Made by a program: the position numbers and the translations under genes
Shown here: positions 8,494 to 19,017 of the stretch, one piece after another
Layout: every line of letters begins with the position of its first letter
Position numbering within the stretch: the first letter of the stretch is position 1
Source of the DNA: Candidatus Binatia bacterium
GTDB taxonomy: Bacteria > Desulfobacterota > Binatia > Bin18
DNA length: 64,000 nucleotides
Direction of reading: 5' to 3'
Assembly (NCBI GenBank): GCA_963666315.2
Contig: CAXXHG010000024.1
Location: 64,001 to 128,000 of the forward strand
Notes under the pieces: model-generated
Databases searched by the model: none
Told to the model about the DNA's origin: nothing
What the model saw: only the letters and a program-made list of their open reading frames with translations

Positions 8494-10143
8494 CTACACC
8501 GTCTTCAGACTCCCCACTGCCTTGACTTTGATCCGTACCGCATTCCCAGGCAGATAGGCGAGCGGAATTTCTTCCAGATCAAGAATCTCAACGGTGTCCG
8601 GATCAGCACCTGCGGCTTTTGCACGTTTACGAGCAAAAGCCGTGGCTTCGTCTATGGCCTCCGTGCGACTCATCTTCTCGAGTGAAAAAACTCGATCGAT
8701 CGTCCCGCTGACTTGCGCGATGGCGACGCCTATCGCATTGGCCACGCCTGCATGCTCAGGACGGATAATCTGCGACACACCACGAAGTACATCCGGAAAA
8801 AGAATGCTCCCGCCGCCAACGGCCACAACCGGGAGCGGCTCGGCCGACAGTTTCATGCGGTCGATGTGGTCTTCGAGGCTGTGCTGAATATAGGCGAGAC
8901 CCTTCTCTATCGTTGTCTTCGAGACGGTTTCGACTTTCGAGGCGTCGCCCAGCTGTACGTGGCCGGCTGCTACAGCCAGATCGGTGGCGGTCAGTTGCCG
9001 ACCGCCGAATACCTTGGCTTCTTGTGTAAGCCGATACCCGACGCTATCCGGTCCAACCCGCACCTCATCTGTTCTATGGACTCGACTTCCCCCGCTTAAA
9101 CCTATGGAAATCAGATCCGGCATGGGGAAGTTCGTTACGACCCCGCCGATTTCAACCGCTAATTGCGACTCACGCGGAAAGCCCTTGTGCAGTACGCCTA
9201 TATCGGTTGTCGTACCCCCAATATCAACCACAATTGCGTCCTGCGCGTCCCCCAGTTGGCCCAGCGCCGCCGCCCCGCGTATGCTATTGGCCGGGCCTGA
9301 AGCAATAGTAAAGATCGGATACTGCAAGGCATAGTCAAGAGACATCAGGCTGCCGTCATTTTGGCCCAGGAAGAGCGTGGCAGGAATGTTGAGCTGGCGG
9401 ATGGCCTGTTGAAAGCCTGAGATGGCCGCATGCGCGACTCGAATCAAGGCGGCATTTAGCACGGTTGCATTTTCTCGTTCCAGCAGATTCACGCTGCCGA
9501 TTTCGCTCGACAGACTGACCGGAATCTCTTCACCCAGCTCAGCCTGCAGGATCTCGCGGGCGCGCAACTCATGCTCTTGATTGACTGGCGAGAAGACTCC
9601 GGTCACCGCAACGGCTTGGACCTGACCTTTCATTTGACGCGCAGTCTGACGAACTTCCTGCTCGTCCAGCGCAGAGAGCGGCTCACCGTTATATTCGTGT
9701 CCGCCGTGCAGAATCGCGTGTTGCGTACCGACGATCCGGCGAAGATCGGCCGGCCATGTACGCAAGGGTTCCACTGCGCGGGTTGCCGGTGCGCCCAGAC
9801 GGATGATTCCGACTGTATTCAGTTCACGCCGGGTGACGACCGCATTCGCGCAGTGCGTGGTCCCGAGCATGGCGTACCGCAGCGCAGACGCGGGTAGCCC
9901 GGATGTCGTCAACACGTCCTGTAGCGCTTGTACTATGCCGGCTGTGACATCCGGCGTTGTTGGCGTCTTGGTGCTTGCGACTACCTGATCTTGGGCATCA
10001 AGAATCACCGCATCGGTATTCGTTCCGCCGACATCAATACCTAAGCGAAACTCTGGGCCAAGCTGGCTGTCAGGTTCCTCATGTTCAATGTGATCAATTT
10101 GGTTTTTTTGCTGATTTTCTTGATCAGCTTTGGAGTGGGACAT
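8494..10143 (-). CDS. Hydantoinase/oxoprolinase-family protein (start could be 10161)
   Basis: RLGIDVGGTNTDAV, GTTHCANA, ASGPANS and VDIGGTTTDIG motifs. Confidence 0.92.
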   Translation of the reverse strand: MSHSKADQENQQKNQIDHIEHEEPDSQLGPEFRLGIDVGGTNTDAVILDAQDQVVASTKTPTTPDVTAGIVQALQDVLTTSGLPASALRYAMLGTTHCANAVVTRRELNTVGIIRLGAPATRAVEPLRTWPADLRRIVGTQHAILHGGHEYNGEPLSALDEQEVRQTARQMKGQVQAVAVTGVFSPVNQEHELRAREILQAELGEEIPVSLSSEIGSVNLLERENATVLNAALIRVAHAAISGFQQAIRQLNIPATLFLGQNDGSLMSLDYALQYPIFTIASGPANSIRGAAALGQLGDAQDAIVVDIGGTTTDIGVLHKGFPRESQLAVEIGGVVTNFPMPDLISIGLSGGSRVHRTDEVRVGPDSVGYRLTQEAKVFGGRQLTATDLAVAAGHVQLGDASKVETVSKTTIEKGLAYIQHSLEDHIDRMKLSAEPLPVVAVGGGSILFPDVLRGVSQIIRPEHAGVANAIGVAIAQVSGTIDRVFSLEKMSRTEAIDEATAFARKRAKAAGADPDTVEILDLEEIPLAYLPGNAVRIKVKAVGSLKTV

Positions 10144-11194
10144 AGTCAACGTCATACCCAAAATATCGAGGTCCTACCAGCTTGAGACCTTGGGCCGTGC
10201 GCCACTGCTCATAACACGGAAAGCCGAGCACGGCGATGCGCAAACCATATTTGAGTCCTTCGGTCGTAATCGGGAGCCCGGTCTGTTCGTCAACCACAGT
10301 AATCAAATCCGGGACAGTCACCTCGGGCTGGTCACCGTTCCAGAAGACGAGATTCTCATTCTGAAACGAGAGGCGAAACTGCTGTCCGGCATCTGGACCC
10401 AGCCCCAGGATCTGGAGCTCCCCGCGCGCAAACGCGCCTTCAGTCCTGCGCTGGATATCCGTAATTTTGCCTTCACACAGCTGCCGGCCAGACAGCAGCG
10501 TGGTGAGTGCCTGAATAGGATGAGTCTTTTCCTGCTGACACCTTTTGAGCGTCCGCCCGATTTCTTGGGCAAGTGACAGCGTTCCTTTGACCAGCGCACG
10601 TTTGGCTATCTTGCCTTGCATGGCGTATAAGGCAACGCAGGTCGAGCAGCCCATTTGAATAGTCACCGCCCGTGAAATCCGCTCGGCCCACAGATTGTCT
10701 GGGGTTTCGAGCAGGACGTGATTGCCCTTTTCATCAGCGACAGCCATGGGCGTGGCCGCCACACCGTGCAGGGTTGGAATGACCATCTGGATTTCTGGAA
10801 ACGCCCGGCCCATGCCATCCGCGTCAACAATGGGCAGCCCAAACGTTGCGGCAACAACCATGGGGATCATGGAGTTTACGCCCCCGGCTTCAATAGAAAA
10901 GGTTGCCACCGCTCGGCACTCAAGCCGACGTTCGACCATCCGAAACGCGTCCAATACCTCCGTGCCGCTCGGAATCTTTTCCACTAAGACGGTTGGCGCA
11001 CCCATCATTGCAGTGGGGATAATCCACTCCTCGTCTGCGATCTGATCCAGAGAGATCAACGAAATCGGGCCGTGTTGGGCGACTGCCTGCTGGGCCATCA
11101 GCTTACCCAGGGTGGGGTCGCCGCCACCGCCGGTTCCCAGGACGGCTGCTCCCACGGCAATATCTTCGAGTGCGTCTACATCAAGCTGCGTCAT
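10124..11194 (-). CDS. DUF917-family protein (S-methyl-thiohydantoin desulfurase-like)
   Basis: GAAVLGTGGGGDP, MMGAPTVLVEK, EAGGVNS, VDADGMGRAFPE, FQNENL, VPDLI and PRYFGY motifs. Confidence 0.9.
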   Translation of the reverse strand: MTQLDVDALEDIAVGAAVLGTGGGGDPTLGKLMAQQAVAQHGPISLISLDQIADEEWIIPTAMMGAPTVLVEKIPSGTEVLDAFRMVERRLECRAVATFSIEAGGVNSMIPMVVAATFGLPIVDADGMGRAFPEIQMVIPTLHGVAATPMAVADEKGNHVLLETPDNLWAERISRAVTIQMGCSTCVALYAMQGKIAKRALVKGTLSLAQEIGRTLKRCQQEKTHPIQALTTLLSGRQLCEGKITDIQRRTEGAFARGELQILGLGPDAGQQFRLSFQNENLVFWNGDQPEVTVPDLITVVDEQTGLPITTEGLKYGLRIAVLGFPCYEQWRTAQGLKLVGPRYFGYDVDYVPLQS

Positions 11195-12323
11195 GGTGTA
11201 AAAATCTCTTATACGACAGAAAATCAATTGGCAGACGTGTCCGTCCGTCAAGCACCAGCTCCGTGAGCGCCTCGCCCAGCACGCCGACAAACTTAAAACC
11301 ATGTCCGGACAGCCCGGCCGCAAAAGCGACCTGGGGATGCTCGGGATGACGATCGACAACGAAATGCTCGTCAGGACTCATGGTATACATGCAGGCCACA
11401 TGCTTGAGACACGTGCTCGTCGCACTGGGCATATAGTCGTGTAGGAAACGTTCAATACGACGCTGATCGTCAGTGTCAATGGCTAGATCGAGATTGAGCG
11501 GGTCTGAAACCGGCTGCCCACCTGTGTGCTCGGCGATTTTCAGTCCAAATTGGTCAGTGTGAGGAAATCCGTAAAAATCGCCCTCAGGCAGCTCGTAGAA
11601 AAAAGTTGGACAGCCCGCGTCCACGGCGTACTCTCGATTATTGACGCCATACCAAAACAAGGCCTTGCGTCGTACTGCAAGCGGAACGTGCAGGGCGCTC
11701 AAGAAGTCGGCCGCCCATGCACCGACGGTAATGATAATATGCTGGGCTGCATAGCGCTCCTGGTCTGTGACAACAATGACTCCAGAGCCGTCAGTCTGCC
11801 AGCCCAGAACGGTTTCACCTGTCCGGACCTGCGCGCCCAGTTTGACGGCTGCATTTGCATAGGCCAGCACGCAGGCTTCCACTCGTAAATATCCGGCCCG
11901 AGGGTCGAGGACGGCGCTCATGGACTCAGGCACCCGAAAGCCGGGGAAGCGCTGCTCGACTTCGGTGCCAGACAGCGCTTCGATGGTCAGTTGGTGCTGG
12001 CGGGCGCTGGCGAGCGTACCCTGGACAGTCGGGCCGTTGCTCGGCCCGATCTGTAGAAAACCGGTTTCGCGATACAGCTGCTGTCCCGTGTGCTGTTCGA
12101 GTTCCTCCCAGAGCACAAAGGCACGCCGCAGGAGGGGCACATAATCGGGATGCTCAAGATAGGCCAGTCGAATGATGCGTGTATCACCATGTGAACTACC
12201 GCGGTCATGACCCGGGGGAAAGCGATCTAAACCGAGTGCGTGCACACCACGCTTTGCAAGTTGATATAGCACTGCACTGCCAACGCCGCCCGTACCAATG
12301 ACAATACAGTCATACTGCTGCAT
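11181..12323 (-). CDS. solA: N-methyl-L-tryptophan oxidase/monomeric sarcosine oxidase family
   Basis: VIGTGGVGS, GSSHGDTRIIRLAY, CMYTMSPDEHFVVD and GLSGHGFKF motifs. Confidence 0.88.
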   Translation of the reverse strand: MQQYDCIVIGTGGVGSAVLYQLAKRGVHALGLDRFPPGHDRGSSHGDTRIIRLAYLEHPDYVPLLRRAFVLWEELEQHTGQQLYRETGFLQIGPSNGPTVQGTLASARQHQLTIEALSGTEVEQRFPGFRVPESMSAVLDPRAGYLRVEACVLAYANAAVKLGAQVRTGETVLGWQTDGSGVIVVTDQERYAAQHIIITVGAWAADFLSALHVPLAVRRKALFWYGVNNREYAVDAGCPTFFYELPEGDFYGFPHTDQFGLKIAEHTGGQPVSDPLNLDLAIDTDDQRRIERFLHDYMPSATSTCLKHVACMYTMSPDEHFVVDRHPEHPQVAFAAGLSGHGFKFVGVLGEALTELVLDGRTRLPIDFLSYKRFLHHDAA

Positions 12324-12422
12324 GACGTTCTCGTACGATTGGTCCAGCCAGATGTCAAGCCAACCCGGCGGCCATAAATTTTCTGTTTGCCCTCAAAATT
12401 GAAAGCTGCTAGCTGAGGGCTT

Positions 12423-13289
12423 ATGAAACCAGCTCCATTTATGTATGCGCGCCCTGACTCTGTGGAAGAGGCCTTAGCCCTGCTGCAGGCTGGTGGGGAT
12501 GAAGCAAAAGTGCTTGCCGGGGGACAGAGTTTCGTGCCGCTGCTCAATCTGCGTATAGCGTCGATTGATGCCGTGGTCGATCTCAACCGTTTGTCTGAGC
12601 TGGCATATATTAAACGAGACGCTGACACTCTGTGCATCGGTGCCATGACGCGTCATCGACAGGTCGAGGTTTCTGAAGAGGTGCAAGCGGTTCAACCCCT
12701 TCTGGCTCGCGCCGCCGCAGAGGTGGGGCATTTGGCGATTCGCAATCGAGGTACAATCGGAGGCAGTCTGGTCCATGCCGACCCAGCGGCTGAATGGCCT
12801 TTGGTGGCGGTCATGCTGGATGCGCAACTCGTTATGCGCTCACACCAGAGCACGCGCACGGTTGCCGCGCGTGAGTTTTTTCTTGGGCCGCTTATGACGG
12901 CTATCGAGCCAAACGAGATTCTGTGTGAAGTGCGCTTTCCGCTTGCTCCTCCCAGCGCGGTGTGGGGTTTTCAGGAGTTGTGCCGTCGGCCGGGTGATTT
13001 TGCCATTGTGGCGGTGGCGTGTCAGCTCTCTCGTGGTCACAGCGGAATATGCTCGGCTGCTGCACTCGCCGTTGGCGGAGCGCATGCAACTCCGCTGCAT
13101 ATTCCTGAGGTCGAAACAGTTATCTCAGGCAGCAAAGGCGAGGACGCTGTGATTGCTGCGGCCGCAGAAAAAGCTGCTGCTGCGGTTGATCCATCGGGTG
13201 ACGTGCATGGCTCAGCCGACTATCGACGTCGCATGGTCAAGGTTCTCACCGCACGAGCGTTGAAAGAAGCGTGGGGGAAGGCGGCGTAG
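12423..13289 (+). CDS. Molybdo-hydroxylase FAD subunit (CoxM/XdhB-like)
   Basis: MKPAPF.Y.RP, LAGGQS, IRNRGTIGGSLVHADPAAE motifs. Confidence 0.92.
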   Translation: MKPAPFMYARPDSVEEALALLQAGGDEAKVLAGGQSFVPLLNLRIASIDAVVDLNRLSELAYIKRDADTLCIGAMTRHRQVEVSEEVQAVQPLLARAAAEVGHLAIRNRGTIGGSLVHADPAAEWPLVAVMLDAQLVMRSHQSTRTVAAREFFLGPLMTAIEPNEILCEVRFPLAPPSAVWGFQELCRRPGDFAIVAVACQLSRGHSGICSAAALAVGGAHATPLHIPEVETVISGSKGEDAVIAAAAEKAAAAVDPSGDVHGSADYRRRMVKVLTARALKEAWGKAA

Positions 13290-13301
13290 GGGCAATGAAA
13301 A

Positions 13302-13793
13302 ATGAATAACTCACAATTTACAGAACGGCTAACCATACACGTACGCGTCAACGGTCAAGATTTTGAACGTGAAGTCGAGGTGCGCAGACTCCTGGCGGAT
13401 TTTCTCCGCCACGATCTCGGCCTGACTGCAACGCATCTGGGTTGTGAGCACGGCGTGTGCGGCGCATGCACAATTATGATGGACGGCGAGAGCGTTCGGT
13501 CGTGTCTGCTGTTTGCCGTGCAAGCTGACAGGGCGGAGATTCTCACGGTTGAGGGGTTGGCACAGGGCGACGACATGCATCCACTTCAGCAAGCCTTTTG
13601 GGATAAGCACGCCCTCCAGTGCGGTTTCTGCACGTCCGGGTTTTTGATGAGTGCGTATGATCTCTTGCAAAAAAATCCTCATCCAACACAGGATGAGATT
13701 CGGCACGGACTCTCAGGCAATCTGTGTCGCTGTACGGGCTACGCCAATATTATTAAAGCCGTGCAGGCAGTGGCAGATCAGTCACACTCATAA
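13302..13793 (+). CDS. Molybdo-hydroxylase 2x[2Fe-2S] subunit (CoxS-like)
   Basis: GCEHGVCGACT, QCGFCTSG and NLCRCTGY motifs. Confidence 0.95.
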   Translation: MNNSQFTERLTIHVRVNGQDFEREVEVRRLLADFLRHDLGLTATHLGCEHGVCGACTIMMDGESVRSCLLFAVQADRAEILTVEGLAQGDDMHPLQQAFWDKHALQCGFCTSGFLMSAYDLLQKNPHPTQDEIRHGLSGNLCRCTGYANIIKAVQAVADQSHS

Positions 13794-13801
13794 GCGCAGG
13801 C

Positions 13802-16201
13802 ATGGGCACCGGGGTAAAGAATATGGAATCAACGCAAGGTGGGACCGGAAAAATGATTGGCGCCCGGGTGCGCCGGGTTGAAGATCCACGCGTCCTGTTG
13901 GGCAAAACCCTGTACGTGGATGACCTTGATCTGCCTGATGCCGTCGCCCTGGCTTTTGTCCGCAGCCCGTACGCCCACGCACGCATCACCGGCATTGATG
14001 TGAGCGCGGCACAGGCGCACTCCGATGTGCTCTTGGTGTTAACCGGGACAGATGTCGCCGGCGTGATTAAGCCGCTCCGGGTCGAGTACGAGGCGAGTAA
14101 GGCTCCTACGCATAAGCCCTGTGACTGGCCGGTCCTGGCTCAGAAAAAAGTGCGCTTTGTGGGCGAGGCAGTTGCAGTTGTGGTTGCCACTGATCGCTAC
14201 ACTGCCGAAGACGCTGCGGACCTGGTTGATGTCGAGTACGAGGCCCTGGATACAATCTGGGACGTGGAGCAGGCGCTCGACCCTAACTCTCCGCTCGTCC
14301 ACGAGGAGTGGGGCGACAACGTTATGCAAACCGTGCAGGTTGAGATTGGAGCGGTCGGCAGCGCGTTTCAGGAAGCAGACTGTGTTGTTTCGGAACGCTT
14401 TGAGACGGGCCGCCACATGGCGTTGCCCATGGAAACACGCGGCTGTGTGGCCAGCTTTGAGCCCAGTCGAGATGCTTTGACGCTGTGGTCCTCAACGCAG
14501 GTGCCGCATGTCTTACGAACGCATATCGCGGCCTTGCTCGACTTCCCGGAGCATCACATTCGCGTGGTGGCACCTGATGTTGGCGGCGGGTTTGGACAGA
14601 AGGCTCACGTCTTTCCTGAGGAAGTGGTTGCGTCGTATATTGCCCTACAGCTTAAAAAACCGGTCAAATGGATTGAAGACCGGCGTGAGAATTTGTCGGC
14701 CTCAATGCACGCCAAGCAGCAGGTAGTACACGCCGAGCTGGCCTTCAACAAGGATGGCACCATCCTGGCAGCTAAAGGCCGTTTTGTGGCTGATGTTGGT
14801 TCGTATTCCGAATTTCCCTGGGGGTCGGCGTTTGAGGCCGGCCATGCGGCCTCCACCATGCCGGGGCCATACAAAGTCCCGGCGTTCAGTTTCGAGGCCG
14901 TCTCAGTCGCGACCAATAAAACCACCATCGGCGTATACCGCGGAGTGGGCTTGCCCATCGGCGTTCTCACCATGGAGCGCCTCATGGATATGGCTGCCCA
15001 AAGACTCGGTCTTGATCCGGCTGAACTCCGCTTGCGTAATATGATACGCAAAGAAGATCATCCCTATACCACCATTGTAGGCGCGGAGATTGAAAGCGGC
15101 AGCCATCAGGAATCCTTGCAAAAAGCGTTAGATATGCTGGGCTATCAAGGTTTCCGAACGGAACAGGCGCAGGCGCGACAGCACGGCCGCTATCTGGGTG
15201 TCGGCATCGGCTGTTATGTCGAGGGGACTGCGCCTAGTTCGGTGGCCTTCGAGTCGATGGGCCTGAACCTGGGCGGCTATGAGTCGGCAACGGTTCGTAT
15301 GGATGTTGCCGGCAAGGTAACCCTTTTGGTTGGCACTCACTCGCATGGACAAAGCCACGAGACAACCTATGCCCAGGTCGCGGCTGACGAACTGGGGGTG
15401 CCTGTGGCTGACGTCCGAGTGATTGAGGGTGATACGACCGCCGTGCCGTACGGCATGGGTACCTGGGGCAGCCGCAGTGCAGTAACCGGAGGGGGGGCGA
15501 TCTCCAAGGCGTCACAAAAACTGCGCAATAAGATGCTGCGTATAGCGGCGCGTCTTTCCGAGGTGCCGGATGACGACCTTGAGCTGGCCGAGGGACTGAT
15601 CCGGCGCAAAACCGATGGGACCCCGTTAATGCCGATCAAAGACCTGGCGCAGCGTATCCTCATGAGGCCCGGCGGTTTACCCCCGGATGAAGAACCCGGC
15701 CTGGACATGACCGCCCACTATGAACCTCCCCCCGCAACGCACGCCAATGCGAGCCATGTGGCCACGCTCGAAGTGGATATTGAAACCGGACAGATCACTC
15801 TGCTGCGCTATATTGTGGTCGAAGACTGCGGCACCATTATCAATCCCATGGTCGTTGATGGCCAGATTCAAGGCGGCGTGGCGCAGGGGATAGGCACGGC
15901 CATGTATGAACACGCCATCTATGACGAAAACGGTCAATTTCTGACCGGCACGTTGATGGACTATCTCATCCCGACTGCAGTCGACGTGCCCCAGGTGGAA
16001 ATCGGCCATATCGAAAGTCCGTCTCCGCATACGCCGCATGGCATTAAAGGCGTAGGCGAGGGCGGCGCTATTGCCCCGCCTGCGGCTATTGCCAATGCTG
16101 TGGCGGACGCATTGTCGCCGTTTGGGGTACGGGTAAACGAGATTCCGCTCACACCTGAGCGAGTGCTGACCCTGCTTGATGGGGCGAAGTCGGAGCAATA
16201 A
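13802..16201 (+). CDS. Xanthine dehydrogenase-family molybdopterin subunit (CoxL-like, not a true CODH)
   Basis: DVGGGFGQK, HGQSHET, GQIQGGVAQG and KGVGEGG motifs; active-site loop is VYRGVG. Confidence 0.92.
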   Translation: MGTGVKNMESTQGGTGKMIGARVRRVEDPRVLLGKTLYVDDLDLPDAVALAFVRSPYAHARITGIDVSAAQAHSDVLLVLTGTDVAGVIKPLRVEYEASKAPTHKPCDWPVLAQKKVRFVGEAVAVVVATDRYTAEDAADLVDVEYEALDTIWDVEQALDPNSPLVHEEWGDNVMQTVQVEIGAVGSAFQEADCVVSERFETGRHMALPMETRGCVASFEPSRDALTLWSSTQVPHVLRTHIAALLDFPEHHIRVVAPDVGGGFGQKAHVFPEEVVASYIALQLKKPVKWIEDRRENLSASMHAKQQVVHAELAFNKDGTILAAKGRFVADVGSYSEFPWGSAFEAGHAASTMPGPYKVPAFSFEAVSVATNKTTIGVYRGVGLPIGVLTMERLMDMAAQRLGLDPAELRLRNMIRKEDHPYTTIVGAEIESGSHQESLQKALDMLGYQGFRTEQAQARQHGRYLGVGIGCYVEGTAPSSVAFESMGLNLGGYESATVRMDVAGKVTLLVGTHSHGQSHETTYAQVAADELGVPVADVRVIEGDTTAVPYGMGTWGSRSAVTGGGAISKASQKLRNKMLRIAARLSEVPDDDLELAEGLIRRKTDGTPLMPIKDLAQRILMRPGGLPPDEEPGLDMTAHYEPPPATHANASHVATLEVDIETGQITLLRYIVVEDCGTIINPMVVDGQIQGGVAQGIGTAMYEHAIYDENGQFLTGTLMDYLIPTAVDVPQVEIGHIESPSPHTPHGIKGVGEGGAIAPPAAIANAVADALSPFGVRVNEIPLTPERVLTLLDGAKSEQ

Positions 16202-16228
16202 CTACCGTTCGCATCCGACACCCATCCC

Positions 16229-16259
16229 GTAAGGCTGGTTAACGGAGCGTAACCAGACA
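16229..16259. repeat. REP-like palindrome between convergent genes
   Basis: GTAAGG-CTGGTTA-ACGGAGCG-TAACCAG stem-loop. Confidence 0.5.
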
Positions 16260-16284
16260 TCGGGCTGAGCTATAATCAATCTCA

Positions 16285-17202
16285 TCAATCTAGCCCCTCT
16301 CGCAGGGGCGTATGCGGAACACGCTCTTTCCAGGGTGTGTAGGTACGCGCGTTTTCTTGGGTGATGAGCCGCCCCAGCGCAGCGATGGACAGTTCACCTT
16401 GCAGATCTTCCTTATCAATCAACACGCGCGTGACTAAGTCCCCAACCGTAGCGCCAATATCAGTGATACCAATATCCCAGGTCCCGTGGCAGCGTCCGGC
16501 TACAACCGCCTCAACCGCTTTGGGGCTCCCATTGCGAGACACGAGTTTCATTTCTCCTGCGCGTCCGACCTCTTCAATGGCATCTAGGGTTACCAGCATG
16601 GTTTCGTCGTTAAACGGAATCAGGCCATCTAAACGACCAAAATCCGCTAACACCCGCCGGGCCGCTGTACGCCCGCCCTTGGCAACGTCTTCCAGATTCC
16701 GATAATGCGCTTCAAAAGGATCGTTCAGCAGCGTGAGACCGCTCTGTTTCACCCCATGTACAATGCCGAGAACCAGCTCGCTATCATCAATGACTTCCGG
16801 ACCACCGATCACGACCACCTCCGCTTTGGGGGACAGCAGCGAAGCCAGATACTCCGCCATATACACCCCGTGATTAAAGTTCGCGTAGACCAGCGACGCT
16901 GCGACCGGGTAACGTGGCCGCTCAAAGGTAAACACCGGGATGCCGTGCGTGCGCGCGGCCGCAACGGCATCGGCCGGTTCCAGCGGGTCCAAGACGTAGA
17001 CGACGATCGCGTCTACGCCTGCAGCGATCCCGCGCTGAACCGCTTGTGTCTGGCCCTCGATCCAACCGGACTCGCGTACGTCAACCGTGAGGGTGCGTAA
17101 CTCAACGCCAGATTGTTGCAGCCGGTGATCCAGGCCGTGGGCCAGCGCGTCCAGACCGGGATGGGCGCCGTAGGCCATGACATTGACGTATAACACCTGC
17201 AT
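16285..17202 (-). CDS. Type-1 periplasmic-binding-fold (sugar-binding-like) protein lacking a signal peptide
   Basis: AGVDAIVVY, ARTHGIPVFT, LIPFNDETM and NGSPKAVEAV..G motifs. Confidence 0.8.
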   Translation of the reverse strand: MQVLYVNVMAYGAHPGLDALAHGLDHRLQQSGVELRTLTVDVRESGWIEGQTQAVQRGIAAGVDAIVVYVLDPLEPADAVAAARTHGIPVFTFERPRYPVAASLVYANFNHGVYMAEYLASLLSPKAEVVVIGGPEVIDDSELVLGIVHGVKQSGLTLLNDPFEAHYRNLEDVAKGGRTAARRVLADFGRLDGLIPFNDETMLVTLDAIEEVGRAGEMKLVSRNGSPKAVEAVVAGRCHGTWDIGITDIGATVGDLVTRVLIDKEDLQGELSIAALGRLITQENARTYTPWKERVPHTPLREGLD

Positions 17203-17230
17203 GAATTCCCCTTCTTACAGTCCAGCTGTC

Positions 17231-17995
17231 TTACAGTCCTATCGACAGCGGCGTCCAACTAACGCGCTCCGACCACGGTCGCCAAACATCGATATTGTCC
17301 TGGGTGATGATTCTGCCGACCGGACCCACGGTCTGAAATCCTTCAAACACTTCTTTGTCGACCAGATGTCGGACAATGACCTCTCCGAGCGTCGTGCCTA
17401 TGCCCGAAGCATCTAGGTCCGAGGTACCAACTATACGGCCCGCGCGCACGGCTTCCACTGCTGCCGGCGAACCGTTACGGGAAATGATTTTCATCTCCTT
17501 GGCCCGCCCGGCTGCTTCAACACATGCCAGCGCGCCGAGCATGGTCTCATCGTTATATGGAATCAGGCCGTCGATACACGGAAATTCCTCCAAAATTCTC
17601 AGTGTTGGTTCCCGCGCACCAGCGGCTATATCTTTGTGATTACAATACCGTTGCTCGCCTGGATCGTTCAGTAGCTGGCAATGGCTGCGTTTGAGGGTAA
17701 ACACCAAACCTGCCAGTTCTTCAGAGTCATCGACGGAATCCGGTCCGCCTATGATGGCCACCTTGCTGCCGTCGGCCAAGATCGAGGTGAGATATTCGGC
17801 CATGCCGACACCATGGTTAAAGTTCGGATACACCACAGACGCATTCACGGCGTAGCGTGGACGCACAAAAGTAAAAACCGGAATACCGGCTGCCCGGGCT
17901 GTGGTGACGGGCTCCTCAAACGCCGTAAGATCAATGATGTACACTATGATCGCATCGACCTGCGCCCGCTCTAGCTCTGAATCCGGCCCTAGCAC
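17231..17995 (-). pseudogene. Paralogous sugar-binding-like protein, N-terminally truncated
   Basis: Clear paralog of 16285-17202 (VDAIIVY, GIPVFTF, YPNFNHGV.MAEYL, YNDETM) but missing the N-terminal segment. Confidence 0.7.
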
Positions 17996-18034
17996 GCGGG
18001 GTAGCCAGGCGCAAGTCAGACCTGCTGTATCGTA

Positions 18035-18940
18035 TCTTCAATTTGTGAATCGCGCTGCGAACGACGCGGGCCGAGCGTCGAAAATCACGCTTTTCCTTGC
18101 CGTTGAGCTGAGGATGAAGCTGGCGAACGATGCCATGGCGGCCGATGCCGACGGGAATTGAGAGGCACACGTCCTGCACGTCTTCAAAGCCGTCAATAAG
18201 CGTCGATACCGGCATGGTGCGATGGGCGTCGTGCACGATGCTGTCAATAATAAGCACAGCCGCTGGCGCAACAGTAAAATTTGTATGGCCTTTGTGCTGA
18301 ACGACTTCATAACCGGAACGGACAGTTTGTTTAAACAGGCGGCGGGCAGCGTGATGCCCGCCGACCCACTCCCCGCCGCTTAAGGTAAGACTTAAAGCCG
18401 GAAACTGGGTGTCTTCGTGCTCACCCAAAACATACGTCCGCAAGTCGTCCGGGTGGATGCCGACTTCTTGGCTCAATAACCCGCGAAACCGAGCGCTATC
18501 GATAATAGTGCCGGTACCAAAAACACGCTGGGGTTCCACACCCGACAGCTTCCATGCCACGTAGGTCATCACATCGACCGGATTCGTAATGATCAACACA
18601 CACGCGCGAGGACTGTACTCGACAAGTTCGGGGATATATTGGCAGAGAATTTCTACGTTGCCCGCTGCCAGATCATGCCGCGTTGTGTGTTGTGGTCCGA
18701 GCGGCACGGACGCGCACATCACGATGATCTCCGATTGCTGCGTATCCGCGATCCTGCCTGCGTGTATCTGTAACGGGTTCAGACACAAGCGTGCTGGCAT
18801 GGGCTCAAATCGAGGGCTTCGCCCACCGCGACTTGGTGAGACCGATTGACGAGGACCAGCTCGTCGGCGAAGCCCTTTACCACCAGTGCAAAGCCGAGTG
18901 TCGAACCAACCCGGCCCATGCCGATAAGAGCGATCTTCAT
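18035..18940 (-). pseudogene. L-lactate/malate dehydrogenase, frameshifted
   Basis: MKIALIGMGRVGSTLG...GEALDLS from 18940, frameshifts near 18800, then ITNPVDVMT, GTGTIIDSARFR, VLGEHED and KGHTNF. The frame reads through into the next gene. Confidence 0.85.
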
Positions 18941-19017
18941 GGCTGGCCCTCACTGGCCCCACATTCTCTGTTCCGAATCTGAGGGAGCTGTCTAGCGCTT
19001 GCTTGCACCAGTAGCCG

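Noticed and set aside
12423-16201. Aerobic CO dehydrogenase
   Set aside because: The loop is VYRGVG, not AYxCSFR (form I) or AYxGAGR (form II).
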